Shown in pieces: positions 16,726 through 25,525 of a stretch of DNA of 34,781 bases; the stretch's first letter is position 1, and every line of letters starts with the position of its first letter. This DNA comes from a virus. Lineage: Duplodnaviria > Caudoviricetes. Made by a program: the position numbers and the translations under genes. The stretch spans positions 1-34,781 of the IMG/VR virus record IMGVR_UViG_3300036546_000175; one strand, written 5' to 3'. The notes under the pieces were generated by a model, which was not told the DNA's origin, made no database searches, and saw only the letters and a list, made by a program, of their open reading frames with translations.

Positions 16726-17841
16726 TTAATCAAAATCGTCAAACATTTCGTCTTGATCGTCTCGACGGACTACGTTGACCTTATAGTCCCCAATATCCTG
16801 TTCTTGTGGCGCAGGCTGAATGTTGGAGATATCCAACCAATCTTCCATATACTTCAGTGGGTTGGAGGTAGGACATTTGTGTTCCGGTTTCATCTTGAAG
16901 TATTCATACACCGGTCGTGCGTTAAACAAGACCCACTTCTTCATAAGGTCGGCATTCACCCCCACCAGCTCACGCCCTTCTGAAAACAGGAAATCGATCC
17001 ACTGCAACTCAGCATTGGTAACTTCGTCTATCAGTTTCTTGATTTTATCAGAACACTGCTCCAGTACAATCTTACCGCGCTTGGTTTTAAGCTCATTACG
17101 AAGGACCTCACGGTCCATTTCAACGTGAATTTTGAACTCGTCGTTGGCAATCTTCTGGATTGACTTACCGATCGGCTGGAAAAGACTGGCGTCACAGATT
17201 GCAAACGTAACCGCAAACGAGGACATGAACTGAATGCGTTCCAGTGCAAAGAGTGCTACCGTGAACATAAAGATTGCGTTGTAGGTATCCTGGTCATTCT
17301 CAACCAGTCCCAGCGCAAATTTGTGTCCGCGATCGTGGGCTTCACCCATGACCTCGGCAACGTGGGAAAGACGACCTACCGCTTGCTCAATCTTGAGTAT
17401 CCACTCCAACACTTCAGAGGGGTCATCAAAACTGTTACGGATGATTTCTGAATAAGTAGCGGCGTGCACTACTTCATTGGACGAAATCTCCTGCCACGCG
17501 GCCCACACTTCAGGGGCTGGGTTGTACAAGGAAACAATGCCACTGATAGAACGGGAAGCCATTGAATCGGCTTCCCACTGGTATGCCAGGTTCAGCAACA
17601 TCATCTCGTACGTGGCGCGGGGCACCGTTTTAAATTCAACGTTACATTCACCGAAGTTGAATTCATTTTCGTCCCACTGGAGATGTTTCATCTCCTTATA
17701 CAGTTCCCAAATCTTAGGGTACCGTTTATGGATGGTGTCGAACAAACCAGGGTTTTCGCCCAGGAAGATACTGGGGTTTTCGTAATCGGATTTTTCGGTA
17801 TTGAAAATGTGGCTGTTACTTATAACAGATACTTCAGACAT
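16726..17841 (-). CDS. nrdB: ribonucleotide reductase class Ia beta subunit
   Basis: WEADS, EVVHAATY, LERIQFMSSF, DEFKIH and APQE motifs. Confidence 0.95.
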   Translation of the reverse strand: MSEVSVISNSHIFNTEKSDYENPSIFLGENPGLFDTIHKRYPKIWELYKEMKHLQWDENEFNFGECNVEFKTVPRATYEMMLLNLAYQWEADSMASRSISGIVSLYNPAPEVWAAWQEISSNEVVHAATYSEIIRNSFDDPSEVLEWILKIEQAVGRLSHVAEVMGEAHDRGHKFALGLVENDQDTYNAIFMFTVALFALERIQFMSSFAVTFAICDASLFQPIGKSIQKIANDEFKIHVEMDREVLRNELKTKRGKIVLEQCSDKIKKLIDEVTNAELQWIDFLFSEGRELVGVNADLMKKWVLFNARPVYEYFKMKPEHKCPTSNPLKYMEDWLDISNIQPAPQEQDIGDYKVNVVRRDDQDEMFDDFD

Positions 17842-18847
17842 CTTCCAAGACTCCAGATTTTTCGATGACGTGTTCTATAAATGATTTATGTAAGTTACGG
17901 ATTGTCACGCCGTCGACGTTGTTAAACGCGAATTGGTGACACCATTCAAAAACCCCTAACTCACCTTCCGTTGTAGTGAATAGGTCAATAGACCCCAACG
18001 TGATGTCAAGACCTTTAACCAAACTCCAGACCAACTTAATTTGTTCTTTTGTAAACCTCCACTCGCTGCAGAAAAGAGTAAGGTGTGAACTCTTTTTATC
18101 AGGTTTTGGAAAATGGTAGAAATTTGATTCTTCACACGACGTGAACGTAGTATAGTCGATGTTGGCGTGTTTGTACGCTTCACCTGACTCGTTTTCAACG
18201 ACGTTGGTTGAACGTCTACGTATGTAGATTGAGTCCCCTCCGACCAAGAGTCGAAACTCTTCCTCTACATTAGGTATGTACTCTTGAACAAAAACATCTT
18301 GGGTGAAAAAACCTTCTTGTTCGTCACTGTACGTTTTGGTGTATACTGCGTCAGGGAAGATCCTTTTAAGTTCCACCAGCGGTTTGTCTTTTGACTTTAA
18401 AAAGCGATTCAAAAGGTGGGATTTAAGTAAAACCTGGTTGGTTCCTCGTGCACCATCCACCTCTTTAACCACAACCTTAGGTACATCCGGTACTACGAAT
18501 ACCTGACGGTCTCCCCAACCCATACCCAAATTCATAAAAACTTTAGGTACCCTCAAACCTTCCATTTTAAGGTTAAGTAACATCACAGTTTGCATATACT
18601 TAGGGTAGCGTGGTACAGTTACGTATTGGTCACCCAACATTTTAGTGAAGAGCGAGTCTCCCCCCTTGTGTGTGAAGTCTACCATCACATCGAAGTTTTT
18701 TGAAACCCGATCACCTTCCAAACTCATTTCAGCTGAATGGTGAATTACAACGTACCTTCCCAAGGTTTCAGAATAGAATTGGGGTTCTAAAATGAATACG
18801 TTATCAACCATTTCATTTGTGTTGATGGCGACCATTATGGACTTCAT
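17834..18847 (-). CDS. ATP-grasp (RimK-like) protein
   Basis: VVVK...GARG..Q, FVQEYIP, EFRLLVGG and GSIDLF.....GVFEWC; overlaps the nrdB start by 8 nt. Confidence 0.75.
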   Translation of the reverse strand: MKSIMVAINTNEMVDNVFILEPQFYSETLGRYVVIHHSAEMSLEGDRVSKNFDVMVDFTHKGGDSLFTKMLGDQYVTVPRYPKYMQTVMLLNLKMEGLRVPKVFMNLGMGWGDRQVFVVPDVPKVVVKEVDGARGTNQVLLKSHLLNRFLKSKDKPLVELKRIFPDAVYTKTYSDEQEGFFTQDVFVQEYIPNVEEEFRLLVGGDSIYIRRRSTNVVENESGEAYKHANIDYTTFTSCEESNFYHFPKPDKKSSHLTLFCSEWRFTKEQIKLVWSLVKGLDITLGSIDLFTTTEGELGVFEWCHQFAFNNVDGVTIRNLHKSFIEHVIEKSGVLEDV

Positions 18848-18877
18848 TTATTAAACTTCCTTTTAAAAATGTGGATA

Positions 18878-18921
18878 TAAAAGAATTGGAAGGACTCTAT
18901 AAAAAGAGTCCCCCCAGTATT
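18878..18921 (-). terminator. intrinsic terminator after nrdA
   Basis: Minus strand TGGGGGGACTCT-TTTTAT-AGAGTCCTTCCA followed by ATTCTTTTTATA. Confidence 0.65.
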
Positions 18922-18924
18922 CAA

Positions 18925-21900
18925 TTACAGTGAGCAGGCACCGCCGACACACCCTTTCTCTTCCACGTCTTCTGCTTCTACCGCTTCTTCGAAATGGACA
19001 CCGTCACTGGTGCGCATGTTAACGTAGTAGCGTGACTTAAAGCCGAGCTTCGTCATGTAGAAGTAGTTCTTCAGGAGTTCTTTAGAGGTAACAGTCTGCC
19101 CCATCAACAACAAGTACCAAAGGTCTGCTGAGATAGACTGGTCTGTAAACTTGAAGAAGATTGCGTAGCATTCGATCATGTCCTTAACAGGGATCTCGTA
19201 TGCCAGTTCGTAATACTTACCCAGTTTACCTGACTCAGGCGCAGCCCACTGTATAACGACGTCACTGTCCCCTTTAAGCTGGGAGAGCCTACGTATAGGA
19301 TAGATACCGTTCGACGTTCCTGAGGCCTTAGAGGAGGTCTCAGCAGGCATGTGTGCCACCAGACAGCTATTGCGGATACCACCGACTTCAACAATCTCTT
19401 GTCGGATAGTTTCCCAAGGGTACACAAGGTCGTTCGGGACAACAGAGTCCACCGTTTTCTTATAGGTGTCAATCGGGAGCCAACCATCCACCCACTTGGT
19501 TTTATGTATCCAGGGAGCCGGACCCAACTCTTTAGCAAGCTGAAGGGAGGCTTTGATCAACATAAACATGTGACGTTCAGCCAACCAATGGAGGTATTGC
19601 TTACCTTCCTTGGTGGAATACTTCTGTCGATGTTTAGCCATGTCATGTGCCACACCTACTAGACCGACGCCTGCATTAAGTCGACTGGTGGCTGTCACCT
19701 CCAGGTGATCAAAGACGTAATCGTTTTTGTGAATGCACACGTCGATCATCAGAAGGGCGTAGTACGCCGTGGTGTAATACTCTTCGTCATCTTTGATGTT
19801 GGCAGGGATAATGCCCGCTAGACTACAAAGTGCTATCTCACCTTTACCGTGGTCCTCAGACGAGTAGAGGTGTTTCATGTCAGGATAACCCGCTGTAGGA
19901 AGGGCTATTTCCAAACACTGTCCGGTGAGGATGCCGTTGAACATGACTGTGTGTCGAAGCGGTTCATTCAAACAGTACGTATCGTCTTGACGTCCCTCAT
20001 CAATTATATCCACCACTTTGATAAAGTGGTTGGCGTTACGATTAGGTTCGTGCGGGATCACCACAAGACGACCCAGAGGGATACCCATCCAAAGTAGTTT
20101 CTGTGTATCGGTACTGTTTATCAGCAGTCGCCAAACCTGTTTACAGAAGAAGTCACCTTTACCACCACTACCGTCGTTTAGTGGCATTTTTTTGTAACCC
20201 TCATCAGCCCCAGCCACAATCTTAGAGTTTATACCCAAGGTTTGAAGCATCAGCTGAATGTCTTGCAGGAATTGCCATTCTGTAGACGATGCGGTCAACT
20301 GCTGGTTATCACCGTTACGGTAAACACAACCATCCCCATCTAGGTAACCAGCTAACCAAGTGAGTCTATCCTGAACCGTATATTCAGGGCCAGGTACAAA
20401 GAACTTGGGTTTAAGATCGTTGTAGTGTTTATAGATTCGGTTATATTGCTCTTGTATGGTCCAGTTGTCTTTACCACCTTCGAAGCGGTTAATCAACAAC
20501 ATCTTTTCTTGACCGTACAAATAGATACATTGACCTTGTCTGGTATCAGAACCGTCCGCACTATAGAAGCCGTTGATGTACGCCTTATCCAATGTTTTAT
20601 ATCCTTGAATAAGTGGCAGGTCAAACTTAGCCAGCTTATGGCCAGGCTTCAGCTCATATGCACGCAGTTCTTTGTACGGTTTGGTGTAACCGTCAAATAC
20701 GTAGAATTTATGGTAAGGTGTACAGTCGATTTCATGTCCTGAATCGGTGACAACCTTAATCAGCTTTTGGTTGGTGCCGGTCTTCATGACTACACTTTCG
20801 GACCATTGCTCACCGTTCCAAACAACAACCTTCTGGTTAACCAGGGTCTGAATTTCTTTGTACCCTTCATTGGTAAGCAGTTTTGTTTCAGGTGCCACGC
20901 ACAGATTTGACGAGTAAATGGGGTCTTTAAACGGTGTGTGTCGGTTAACCTCGTCAATCCAGAGGAGGTAAGCGCGACCTGTCTCAAACCCTTCTGTGTG
21001 TGCTGCGAGGATAATTTCGCGGGCATCGATGTAATTCTTTTTAAACGCTGGGTCGTTTTCGTAACGGTCGTAAACCTCAGCAAACTTCTGTTGGTCTGAA
21101 GAGAAGAAGGCTTCCCACAGATCAGGAGCTGACTTCTGGTTCCACGTGAAGATCTTTTCGTTCTTAGCCGCCTTCTTAGCCGCGAACTCGTTCGCCATCA
21201 ATGCGTAATCCATGCCCCGAATCTTTTTGTCTTCTGGGGACATGGGGTTCTTCAGGCGCACAATGGTTTCAACTTCAGGGTCGTAGATGCTGTAATACGT
21301 GGTGCAAGCTCCACCACGACCTGCCTGGGTATTCGCTTTAACAGCCCCAACCATAGAACGGTAGTACGGGAGTTTCCCCATGTGCAAAATCGAGCCGCCC
21401 CTCACTGCATCACCCAGGGAGCGACAATTGAGGTAGTTACCAATACCGGATGACATACAGGTCATGATGTACGCGATATGGTCCCCCACTGCCAATGATT
21501 TGGCGGTATCCAACGTGGTGTAGAGGCAGCAGGAGGCGTAACCGTTATGGGGCGTGCCCAAATTGATATGGTTGGGTGAAGGAGCATTCAGCCGCTTGAG
21601 TGAAAGGGCCTCGTACCAGTTCCACAGGTCACGCATACGCGATTCTTCAGGGCGATTCTCAGCCAGCGCCATCGCCATGCGCATGTACATAAACTGCTGA
21701 GTTTCGTACACCACTTTAGTAACACGGTTGTGGATACAATACTTTTCATTGGAGGAGTGGAGTTCAGCGTAAGTCGCTTTAAAGTCACGTTTGTGTTTAA
21801 TCCACTTCTCAACCTGTTCGTATTCTTCATCTGTGTAGTTCAGCTTAACCATCAGACCCATCAGGTAAAGCTTTTCATGTAATTCTTTAACGGTGGGGTG

Positions 21901-22182
21901 AATCCCTCCTTCAAAGATCTTTTTATTCAGGTATGCAGCATACAGACGACCTGCCATACGGTTGTACTCATGCGTACCGCGATCCAGACAGGTTTTAATC
22001 AAACGTTCTTGCAGGAGTTGAGAGTCACACACTTCGGGAAGGATAGCGACCGTATCCAACACCACCGAAGACCAATCGACATAACTACCCAGCGTTTCAG
22101 CCGCCCATTCACCCCAACCGTTCAGTTTATGGGGGATAAATTCTTCAACGGAACCGTCACGCTTGACAATATTCTTAATCAT
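18925..22182 (-). CDS. nrdA: ribonucleotide reductase class Ia alpha subunit, intein-containing
   Basis: IVKRDG ATP-cone start, ASCCL, SSNL|CLEI, ALCSL, AHMPAETSS, DQSIS, KSRYY and C-terminal CVGGACSL. Confidence 0.96.
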   Translation of the reverse strand: MIKNIVKRDGSVEEFIPHKLNGWGEWAAETLGSYVDWSSVVLDTVAILPEVCDSQLLQERLIKTCLDRGTHEYNRMAGRLYAAYLNKKIFEGGIHPTVKELHEKLYLMGLMVKLNYTDEEYEQVEKWIKHKRDFKATYAELHSSNEKYCIHNRVTKVVYETQQFMYMRMAMALAENRPEESRMRDLWNWYEALSLKRLNAPSPNHINLGTPHNGYASCCLYTTLDTAKSLAVGDHIAYIMTCMSSGIGNYLNCRSLGDAVRGGSILHMGKLPYYRSMVGAVKANTQAGRGGACTTYYSIYDPEVETIVRLKNPMSPEDKKIRGMDYALMANEFAAKKAAKNEKIFTWNQKSAPDLWEAFFSSDQQKFAEVYDRYENDPAFKKNYIDAREIILAAHTEGFETGRAYLLWIDEVNRHTPFKDPIYSSNLCVAPETKLLTNEGYKEIQTLVNQKVVVWNGEQWSESVVMKTGTNQKLIKVVTDSGHEIDCTPYHKFYVFDGYTKPYKELRAYELKPGHKLAKFDLPLIQGYKTLDKAYINGFYSADGSDTRQGQCIYLYGQEKMLLINRFEGGKDNWTIQEQYNRIYKHYNDLKPKFFVPGPEYTVQDRLTWLAGYLDGDGCVYRNGDNQQLTASSTEWQFLQDIQLMLQTLGINSKIVAGADEGYKKMPLNDGSGGKGDFFCKQVWRLLINSTDTQKLLWMGIPLGRLVVIPHEPNRNANHFIKVVDIIDEGRQDDTYCLNEPLRHTVMFNGILTGQCLEIALPTAGYPDMKHLYSSEDHGKGEIALCSLAGIIPANIKDDEEYYTTAYYALLMIDVCIHKNDYVFDHLEVTATSRLNAGVGLVGVAHDMAKHRQKYSTKEGKQYLHWLAERHMFMLIKASLQLAKELGPAPWIHKTKWVDGWLPIDTYKKTVDSVVPNDLVYPWETIRQEIVEVGGIRNSCLVAHMPAETSSKASGTSNGIYPIRRLSQLKGDSDVVIQWAAPESGKLGKYYELAYEIPVKDMIECYAIFFKFTDQSISADLWYLLLMGQTVTSKELLKNYFYMTKLGFKSRYYVNMRTSDGVHFEEAVEAEDVEEKGCVGGACSL
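19918..20901 (-). mobile_element. intein (328 aa) with LAGLIDADG homing endonuclease in nrdA
   Basis: Starts CVAPETKLLT; block B IDCTPYHKF; INGFYSADG and LAGYLDGDG; ends FNGILTGQ before +1 Cys. Removal restores SSNLCLEI. Confidence 0.93.
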
Positions 22183-22349
22183 TACTTGTATCCTACGTTA
22201 CTACTTAAAAACAAAGAGAAACCGAAATCGGGGCATAGAGCCTAACACCTGAACTCCCGTCGATCGCCCCTATACAAAAGACTAGTCGAGAATTCAGTGT
22301 AAAGAAAAAAGTTTTATTTTTTCCAGTTGCATACCATAGTCTTAAAACT

Positions 22350-22372
22350 CGGGAGGGACTTTTCACCCTCCC
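22350..22372 (-). terminator. hairpin / probable terminator
   Basis: CGGGAGGG...CCCTCCCG inverted repeat followed on the minus strand by AGTTTT. Confidence 0.6.
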
Positions 22373-22392
22373 GTCAGACATTGAAGTTCCCC

Positions 22393-22560
22393 TTAAATCG
22401 GTTTATAGAACTTCTTAAACTTCGGCATCGTTAAAGTGAAGGTGTCCACACGACCCTTTTCACGCAGGGTAACTTTGTCACGACGTATAGACTCAAGAAC
22501 CACTTCTTGGCGTGTACCGAAGTGTTCTTTAACAAACGCTTTACCGATTTGGTCTTCCAT
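22393..22560 (-). CDS. small hypothetical protein (55 aa)
   Basis: Not in ORF track: MEDQIGKAFVKEHFGTRQEVVLESIRRDKVTLREKGRVDTFTLTMPKFKKFYKPI. Purine-rich RBS directly after the sspB stop. Confidence 0.7.
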   Translation of the reverse strand: MEDQIGKAFVKEHFGTRQEVVLESIRRDKVTLREKGRVDTFTLTMPKFKKFYKPI

Positions 22561-22570
22561 CCTCTCTTCC

Positions 22571-22990
22571 TTATTTAACTACGCTCAGATGACTTCTGGT
22601 CTTTTTGGGTTTTGGGGGTTCAGGCTCAGGTTGTGGGTCCACCAGGTTTTCAGGTCGGATATTCAAGGGGACGGTATGGGTTACACGGTTCGCTTTGATA
22701 CTGAAACATTGTAACCCCACCAAACGGGTTAGCGGTAACTGGAAATATATGACCCGTCCTTCTATCCGACATTCAAATGAAATGCCTTCGTCAGTGATGC
22801 TGAAGTACTTAACAGCACTGGGTGTTATATTCAAAACCATGTGTCCTTGGGAGACATAGTGCTGTAGGTCCGAAAATGCAGGGTCGGTATCGGCACCGTT
22901 TAATATAATCTGTGCCTTGTTATTATTGTCCACACACCATTCCACAAATGCATTAACCAGATACGGTACAAATTCCTTCATCTTTTCCAT
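22571..22990 (-). CDS. sspB: ClpXP adaptor SspB-like protein
   Basis: PYLVNAFVEWCVDN, MVLNITPSAV, ISFECR, Pro/Glu linker and terminal RSHLSVVK (cf. the RPALRVVK ClpX-binding motif). Confidence 0.88.
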   Translation of the reverse strand: MEKMKEFVPYLVNAFVEWCVDNNNKAQIILNGADTDPAFSDLQHYVSQGHMVLNITPSAVKYFSITDEGISFECRIEGRVIYFQLPLTRLVGLQCFSIKANRVTHTVPLNIRPENLVDPQPEPEPPKPKKTRSHLSVVK

Positions 22991-22999
22991 TACCCCCTG

Positions 23000-23314
23000 T
23001 TAAATGAGTCCTTTGACATTCTTAAACGCCAACCACCACAGATAAATCCTTAACTTTAGACCTGTAAGTACTTTAGCCTTTAAGTACTCAGCACGACTCA
23101 CCACGGCGTAAACCAAACCATTATCCGTTGTATAACGGTGTTTATGTGTGGTGTACGAGATTGATACGTTATACCGACTATAAAATAGGAGGTTGATGTT
23201 TTCAGACACCAGTGCGTGATATGTTCCTATCGGCCAGTCCCGTTCTATGACCGCTTCAATGAGGGTGGAAAGACTAACCACTTCAACACTGGCAAAGTCT
23301 TGTCGGTACATCAC
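23000..23314 (-). CDS. hypothetical protein
   Basis: 104-aa ORF coupled to neighbours. Confidence 0.7.
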   Translation of the reverse strand: MMYRQDFASVEVVSLSTLIEAVIERDWPIGTYHALVSENINLLFYSRYNVSISYTTHKHRYTTDNGLVYAVVSRAEYLKAKVLTGLKLRIYLWWLAFKNVKGLI

Positions 23315-23874
23315 TACACCTTGTAGTTGGGTTTAAAGAACTTAATACCTTTGAGTATTTTATCTTTGGAGTAATGTACACCGTCAGAACCGATTTGGTC
23401 TTTCAATGACCGGATACATTTAAACCCGTCAACTTCAACCACATACACTTCAACACCAATATTTGCAAACTTCTCAACGGAGAGTTTTACGTCTTCTTCT
23501 GAGACACAGAACTTGGAGAAGTTGGACAACAGGACTTCGCGTTTGAAGGGTACCAGGTGTTCGGCGATCAGACCGGGGTACTTCGTTTCTACCCATGCTA
23601 CCAGCTGCTCGTAATGGGGGCGTAGGTTGACGTTTCCATTTGATAGGGTGTCAGCTACTTCACACATCCAATCAACGTCTACAACCCCATCCATGATCTC
23701 CTGGGGGTCATTGGATAGAATGCCATCAAACCCTTCAATGAGTTCGCTGGCATGAACAATGATCTGGGTCGCCAGGTCGTTTTCTGTGAGACCTGAGATA
23801 TGACACCAAAGAGGGATGCTAAAAAGAGGGATGCTAAGATGTTCTTCTTGAAGAAACATTGTGGTTGACTCCAT
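23314..23874 (-). CDS. hypothetical protein
   Basis: 186-aa ORF; no clear SD, structured leader upstream. Confidence 0.8.
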   Translation of the reverse strand: MESTTMFLQEEHLSIPLFSIPLWCHISGLTENDLATQIIVHASELIEGFDGILSNDPQEIMDGVVDVDWMCEVADTLSNGNVNLRPHYEQLVAWVETKYPGLIAEHLVPFKREVLLSNFSKFCVSEEDVKLSVEKFANIGVEVYVVEVDGFKCIRSLKDQIGSDGVHYSKDKILKGIKFFKPNYKV

Positions 23875-23888
23875 TTTATTGAAAAGGG

Positions 23889-23971
23889 TGGTGAGGTTTT
23901 GAATGAAATAAAAGGTTTACACTGCCGTACATTAAGTTAATGTTAGACACCTTTTAACATCCACCTCACCA
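23889..23971 (-). other. long interrupted RNA stem-loop (structured leader or small RNA candidate)
   Basis: Nested helices UGGUGAGG/CCUCACCA, UGGAUG/CAUUCA, UAAAAGGU/ACCUUUUA and ACAUU/AAUGU. Confidence 0.55.
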
Positions 23972-24036
23972 TAAAGTGAACGTTTAACTCTATAGTAAAA
24001 TGCAGCTCAATAATTAAATACGGTTCAGTATAAGGC

Positions 24037-24070
24037 AAAAAAAAAAAGAGTCTCCCGAAGGAGACTCTCT
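24037..24070 (-). terminator. intrinsic terminator after thyA
   Basis: AGAGTCTCC-TTCG-GGAGACTCT followed by a long T run. Confidence 0.9.
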
Positions 24071-24072
24071 AT

Positions 24073-24372
24073 TTATACCGCTACAGGGTAGTCGATCTTG
24101 GGCCAAGAGTCGTAGTCGATAAATTCGATGTCTTCGAACTTGAAGTCGTCGATCTCTTTGACGTCGGAGTTGAGTTTAACTTTTGGAATACAGTCTTTAG
24201 GTACACGACCATACTGTTCAGCCAAAAGCTCCAATTGGTCCTGGTAGATGTGTGTGTCCCCGCCTGTCCAGACAAGCTCTTTGGGGACCATGTTAGCTAC
24301 CTGCGCCAACATATGGGTCAACAAGGCATACTGGGCGATATTAAAAGGATTTCCTATGGGGTAATCGTTTGA
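24073..24372 (-). CDS. thyA: thymidylate synthase exon 2
   Basis: SNDYPIGNPFNIAQYALL...GDTHIY...PVAV; joins in frame to exon 1 to give LYQRSND. Confidence 0.93.
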   Translation of the reverse strand, partial: SNDYPIGNPFNIAQYALLTHMLAQVANMVPKELVWTGGDTHIYQDQLELLAEQYGRVPKDCIPKVKLNSDVKEIDDFKFEDIEFIDYDSWPKIDYPVAV

Positions 24373-25525
24373 CATTGCATTCGAAGAAGTTCGCTAAACC
24401 TCCCCCGTCACTTAATAGGAGTAAGTGACCGCTATACGTCACCGTATAGATTAGACTATATCACGGTGTAGTTCCCTCTACACCCCTCCCGTTTCGAACC
24501 CGCTTGGGCCCTACTCTACTCACTTCCACCAGTTTTATCCGTAGGTGTGCTTTCGATAGTCGTTTGACGTTTAGAAATAAGTTTATAGTTTTCAAATTTG
24601 GGATTTTTACTTAGGCAGCGATGGCGTATAGTCACTAGTGGAATACCTAGTTTGTTGGAGGCATTCCAATATGAAGGGTATACAACGTTGTCGATTGAAA
24701 TTATGTGACCTATATCGTTAACCCTTCCCGTACTCGCTTTTCGCAACCGTTCCTTAACTTCGTCGCTGTGTTTCTTTCCATAGAAATGATTGTCTTTGCC
24801 AAAACGTCTTGGCGCTCTTTCGGACAATAATTTCTTTTGGTCTTCTGACATCGGAACGCCTTTATTTGGCGGTATTTTACCTTTATGTCGGATGGATATC
24901 ACCTTCCTGACTTCTTCACTGTGGGTTTTCCCGTACATTGGGTTCTTTTCACCCAATTTGGGTTCTTGGTACCTGCGGAAAAATTCAGAAGGATCACTCA
25001 CTTTCAGTTCGCGACGTTTAGCTTTATAAGTTTCACCTCTCTTTTTGGTTATTTCTTTTTTTCTGGGATGTTTAGTTAAATTATCCCCACCGCTAGCGTG
25101 ACGACCTATGTTAGTCAAAGTATCTGAATTTGAAAAAGAATGAATCATTCGTTCTTCAAAACTTTTAGCTTCGGCTGCTGTAGGGAACGTCACATAGGAT
25201 GAAATAGTCCAATCGAGGTATCTGTCCCAAATGTCCTGGACAAAAACGTTGTGGTGTATGCCACTTTTAAGTTGTCTAAAGTGTGTCTTTAGGCGCTTAT
25301 CCAGGTCTGAAGAAGAGCCAAAATAAAACTTGTTGGCTTTCTCTGACTTAAGTATATAGAAAACATGTCTACCTTTTTTCATTACAATTACTCCTTTTAA
25401 TAGAGTCCCTGTGATGAAAACTTAACTTATTTCATTTAGTAACGGGTTTTCTTCATTGCTGAAGGTCTTCCCGTTTTAGAGAGGTTATTCGACTAGGGTC
25501 ACCCCTAGAAGGCGCTCGTATGTTA
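24373..25525 (-). mobile_element. group I intron (td-like, 1153 nt) in thyA
   Basis: 5' exon ends in U (CAGCGU|UAA) and pairs with a GCGC guide; intron ends in G. P7 elements AACGACUAUCGAAAG and GAUAUAGUCU are present. Removal restores YQR|SND. Confidence 0.92.
24516..25382 (-). CDS. intron-encoded GIY-YIG homing endonuclease (I-TevI/I-BmoI-like)
   Basis: VFYIL...FYFGSS, R...H, conserved E and N; NUMOD3 repeats (YGKTHSEE, FYGKKHSDE); C-terminal HTH ISIDNVVYPS..ASNKLGI; AGGAG RBS. Confidence 0.92.
   Translation of the reverse strand: MKKGRHVFYILKSEKANKFYFGSSSDLDKRLKTHFRQLKSGIHHNVFVQDIWDRYLDWTISSYVTFPTAAEAKSFEERMIHSFSNSDTLTNIGRHASGGDNLTKHPRKKEITKKRGETYKAKRRELKVSDPSEFFRRYQEPKLGEKNPMYGKTHSEEVRKVISIRHKGKIPPNKGVPMSEDQKKLLSERAPRRFGKDNHFYGKKHSDEVKERLRKASTGRVNDIGHIISIDNVVYPSYWNASNKLGIPLVTIRHRCLSKNPKFENYKLISKRQTTIESTPTDKTGGSE

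Noticed and set aside
24073-24375. 100-aa ORF as an independent gene
   Set aside because: Its ATG is the last three nucleotides of the intron; the sequence is thyA exon 2.
24480-24515. tRNA-like GGTTCGAAAC arm
   Set aside because: Lies between the P7 strands of the group I intron core; no cloverleaf can be formed.
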